This document shows, one piece after another, positions 58,081-60,528 of a stretch of DNA of 60,528 bases. Made by a program: the position numbers and the translations under genes. The notes under the pieces were generated by a model, which worked only from the letters and a program-made list of their open reading frames with translations, ran no database searches and was not told where the DNA came from. Origin of the DNA: Pseudomonadota bacterium (lineage in GTDB: Bacteria > Pseudomonadota > Gammaproteobacteria > Pseudomonadales > Halieaceae). The stretch spans positions 1 through 60,528 of the forward strand of contig JBCCQO010000001.1 of assembly GCA_039024595.1 (NCBI GenBank), in the 5' to 3' direction. Each line of letters begins with the position of its first letter. The first letter of the stretch is position 1.

Positions 58081-59454
58081 ATGAACAACCAAACCATATG
58101 TGACAGCATCACCTGTGCCTATGCTATGGCGGGCGACGGTGATTACGCTGAAACCGATGGTCTGCTTCCGCGCCTGGTTTCCGCTCCGCTGTTCGCATAC
58201 CTGCGGACCTCCTCCATTGAGAAGGAAGAGTCGAATTCCGCGCCTCGATACGCAGCGACCATAAACTGTCACCGGATTGAGTGGCGAGAATTCCTTGCTC
58301 GTAAAGAAGAGCTGCAGGTGCTCGCCGATGCCTGGGAGGCAGCAACTCGCGCCCTGAGTGAAGGGAAACCTCCCTGGGCGAAAGACGACATACCCGATCA
58401 GAAGTCTAGAACCTTAGATCAGACGACCAGGGCTTTAAGTGTTCTGATGAATGAAGAGCTGAGCGGTTCGATGCTAGTGATAGATTCCGGGCCGTTGGTT
58501 TTCCGATGGGCGGCTTTGCCAATCGGTGCCGCACGTTTCGATATTGTCGTGGTAACGGCACTTTATCCCGACGGCGATTTGATGCCTGGAGCAGCGGACG
58601 ATACCCCGATCATTGAAACTCACCAACCCCAGAGCTTGCTGGCCGTTACCGCCGATATGGAAGCGGCCAGAGTGGCCCGTCATTTGAGTGGTGTGCCCTC
58701 TGTGTCTCTGCCGTCGGTGTTAAACCTGGCGAAGACGCGAACTGAGAATGCGCCTCACTTAACGATAGTTATTCCCACACTGGGTGAGACAGGCCTTGCT
58801 GAGACTCTACAAAGCATCGCAAACCAACAGCGGCACAGCTCTGTTGAGGTTCTCATCCTACACTCCAGTCGGCATTGCGCAGACGCGCAATTAGAGCGAT
58901 GGAAGCAGTACCAATCGCCCGGCCTCAGCATAGTTGAGATGGCGATAGCAGATCGGAGTCCCTACGAGGCGATGAATGCCGGGCTCACGCTGGCATCTTC
59001 GACCTGGATCTACTTTATGGGATGTGGGGATACGCTTACTGGCCCCGAGGTTCTTGCAACGCTCCAGGCCGCGTTCGAGGAGTGTGAGCCAGACTGTGGA
59101 ATGATCTATGGCAGCGTCCGAATGAAGGGCGACGGGCCAGGTGCGCAAGATGGCGAAATCTACGCGGGCGAATTTACCTACGATCGATTGCGGGAGCAGA
59201 ATATTTGTCACCAGGCGATAGTTTATCGACTCAGCACCCTGCGACGGCAGGGGGGATTTGACGGGCGCTATCCAGTTAACGCTGATTGGGCGGTTAATCT
59301 GAGAGGCTGGGAAGGGCTAAAACCCAGGTATATCGACCTCGTACTTGCCAACTTCGTTCGCGGTGGGCTCAGCAGTACGCAATGGGATACCGAGTTCTTT
59401 AATGATCTGGACAGGCTGTGGACGGAGAATCGTCCCCAGCCGATTGCGGAGTGA
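58081..59454 (+). CDS. GT2 (WcaE-like) with an unknown N-terminal region of about 220 aa
   Basis: TIVIPT, D...YEAMN.G, F.G.GD, YG.V, ICHQA, ADW, GG.S. Confidence 0.8.
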   Translation: MNNQTICDSITCAYAMAGDGDYAETDGLLPRLVSAPLFAYLRTSSIEKEESNSAPRYAATINCHRIEWREFLARKEELQVLADAWEAATRALSEGKPPWAKDDIPDQKSRTLDQTTRALSVLMNEELSGSMLVIDSGPLVFRWAALPIGAARFDIVVVTALYPDGDLMPGAADDTPIIETHQPQSLLAVTADMEAARVARHLSGVPSVSLPSVLNLAKTRTENAPHLTIVIPTLGETGLAETLQSIANQQRHSSVEVLILHSSRHCADAQLERWKQYQSPGLSIVEMAIADRSPYEAMNAGLTLASSTWIYFMGCGDTLTGPEVLATLQAAFEECEPDCGMIYGSVRMKGDGPGAQDGEIYAGEFTYDRLREQNICHQAIVYRLSTLRRQGGFDGRYPVNADWAVNLRGWEGLKPRYIDLVLANFVRGGLSSTQWDTEFFNDLDRLWTENRPQPIAE

Positions 59455-60392
59455 ATACGCATCTGGCCGCGGAAGATATGGGTGCAAACACCCGGCATTG
59501 GGTCGTAGTAATTCTCAATTGGAACGGTGCTGAAAAAACACTGGCCTGCATACGTTCCGTCGATGCCGCAGCCGAGAAGTGTAGCGACATCGCCCTGTCG
59601 GGCATCGTCGTAGATAACGGTTCCACACCCAACTCACTCAGCGCTGTGCGTACCGATGTAAATGAGCGCAGAAACTGGCGCCTCCTGTCACTCGAGCAGA
59701 ATTACGGCTTCTCCAGAGGCATGAACGTGGGGATTGAAGCTGCAGGTCAAATGGGTGCCTCCCACGTGTTGTTGCTCAATAACGACACCGAACTGGACGT
59801 TAATGCAATCGCGGCTCTTGCGGATGCCCAGGGCCGTCAGCGCGAGTCGATCCTGGGCCTAGCCGTGGAAACGAGTACTCTCCGTGGTCGCAGGGTTATC
59901 GCAGGATACCGCTATCTATCTTGGTTCGGTATGGCATACGCGGTTCCCCTTAAAGACGAACTCGCGGATAAACACGCGAAAGCGCCACCACGGATAGACT
60001 ACGTTTGTGGATCGGCAATGCTGTGCGACGTAGCGTTTCTAAAAAAGGTCGGAGGTATCCCGGAAAATTCGTTTCTCTACTTTGAAGAACTCAGGCTTGC
60101 CCGTGCTTTATCGCCGACGGAAAAACCCATCTGTTGCCCCACTGCGAAGGTCAACCATTCCTCCGGAGCGAGTGCCGTAGACCTCTCGAGTCCCTCAAGG
60201 CACTACTACGCTGCATATGCCTGTTACCGCTATACGCTGGACTATGGCCCGATGAAGTTGCCGACTGTTGTATTTGCCCGGGTGCTACGACTGACGTACG
60301 CGTCTGTTGTGACCCGTAGCCTGACGCCCGTTACAGAAGGAATACAAGCGCTGTTTGATTGTTTCTCTGAGGGCGAGCGGAGAACAGGCTAG
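59418..60392 (+). CDS. Glycosyltransferase family 2 (rhamnosyltransferase-like)
   Basis: VILNWN, VDNGS, N.GF..G.N, LLNND, YV.G, FLYFEE, V.H..G.S. Confidence 0.88.
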   Translation: MDGESSPADCGVNTHLAAEDMGANTRHWVVVILNWNGAEKTLACIRSVDAAAEKCSDIALSGIVVDNGSTPNSLSAVRTDVNERRNWRLLSLEQNYGFSRGMNVGIEAAGQMGASHVLLLNNDTELDVNAIAALADAQGRQRESILGLAVETSTLRGRRVIAGYRYLSWFGMAYAVPLKDELADKHAKAPPRIDYVCGSAMLCDVAFLKKVGGIPENSFLYFEELRLARALSPTEKPICCPTAKVNHSSGASAVDLSSPSRHYYAAYACYRYTLDYGPMKLPTVVFARVLRLTYASVVTRSLTPVTEGIQALFDCFSEGERRTG

Positions 60393-60403
60393 GGAGCCTC
60401 TGA

Positions 60404-60528
60404 GTGCGCCGAGCAAAGCTCAGGTGCAGGGGAAGTTGTACCGACAAGGATGTCATAACGATGGAAACTGTGCAGTGGTTTCCCGTGGGTGCAAGTCCCA
60501 CCCGGGCAAGGCTGGTCCCCACCCGGAA
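60404..60528 (+). mobile_element. 5' end of a group II intron (domain I), truncated by the window end
   Basis: Begins with the GTGCG 5' splice consensus, then a GCGCC-GAGC-AAA-GCTC-A-GGTGC stem and a CCCGTGGG-TGCAAGT-CCCACCCGGG GNRA-type hairpin typical of bacterial group II domain I. It interrupts a sequence that is continuous at 56030-56044. Confidence 0.78.

Noticed and set aside
60481-60506. GGGTGCAAGTCCC stem-loop as a tRNA T-arm
   Set aside because: No cloverleaf or acceptor stem; it fits a group II intron domain I hairpin better.

Overview
Chromosomal window that looks like a marine gammaproteobacterium. Gene content suggests Halieaceae/OM60-NOR5, which is an inference. It has four parts. 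(1) 1-6.6 kb: the 3' end of a giant LapA-like Ig-repeat adhesin plus lapD, lapG and a TolC (lapE-like), i.e. a c-di-GMP-controlled adhesion system. The adhesin C-terminus resembles the Neisseria FrpC self-processing module, but has Ala-Pro in place of the scissile Asp-Pro. (2) 6.6-48 kb: mixed housekeeping and accessory metabolism, including LOS/lipid A genes, nucleoside/purine salvage genes, a membrane pyrophosphatase, GSTs, PaaX- and TetR-regulated units, ppk2 and an osmoprotectant ABC transporter. (3) 48.3-60.4 kb: a surface-glycan locus with GT2s, DUF2304, two methyltransferases, a GT-A/exostosin fusion and FDxxWY-repeat proteins. (4) The last 125 bp appear to be the 5' end of a group II intron (GTGCG at 60404). 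It is inserted directly after CTAG-GGAGCCTCTGA, an IS5-like terminal repeat, and an identical intron-free copy of that site sits at 56025-56044. No rRNA, tRNA or CRISPR array was seen. All family assignments come from motif recognition by eye, not from database searches.
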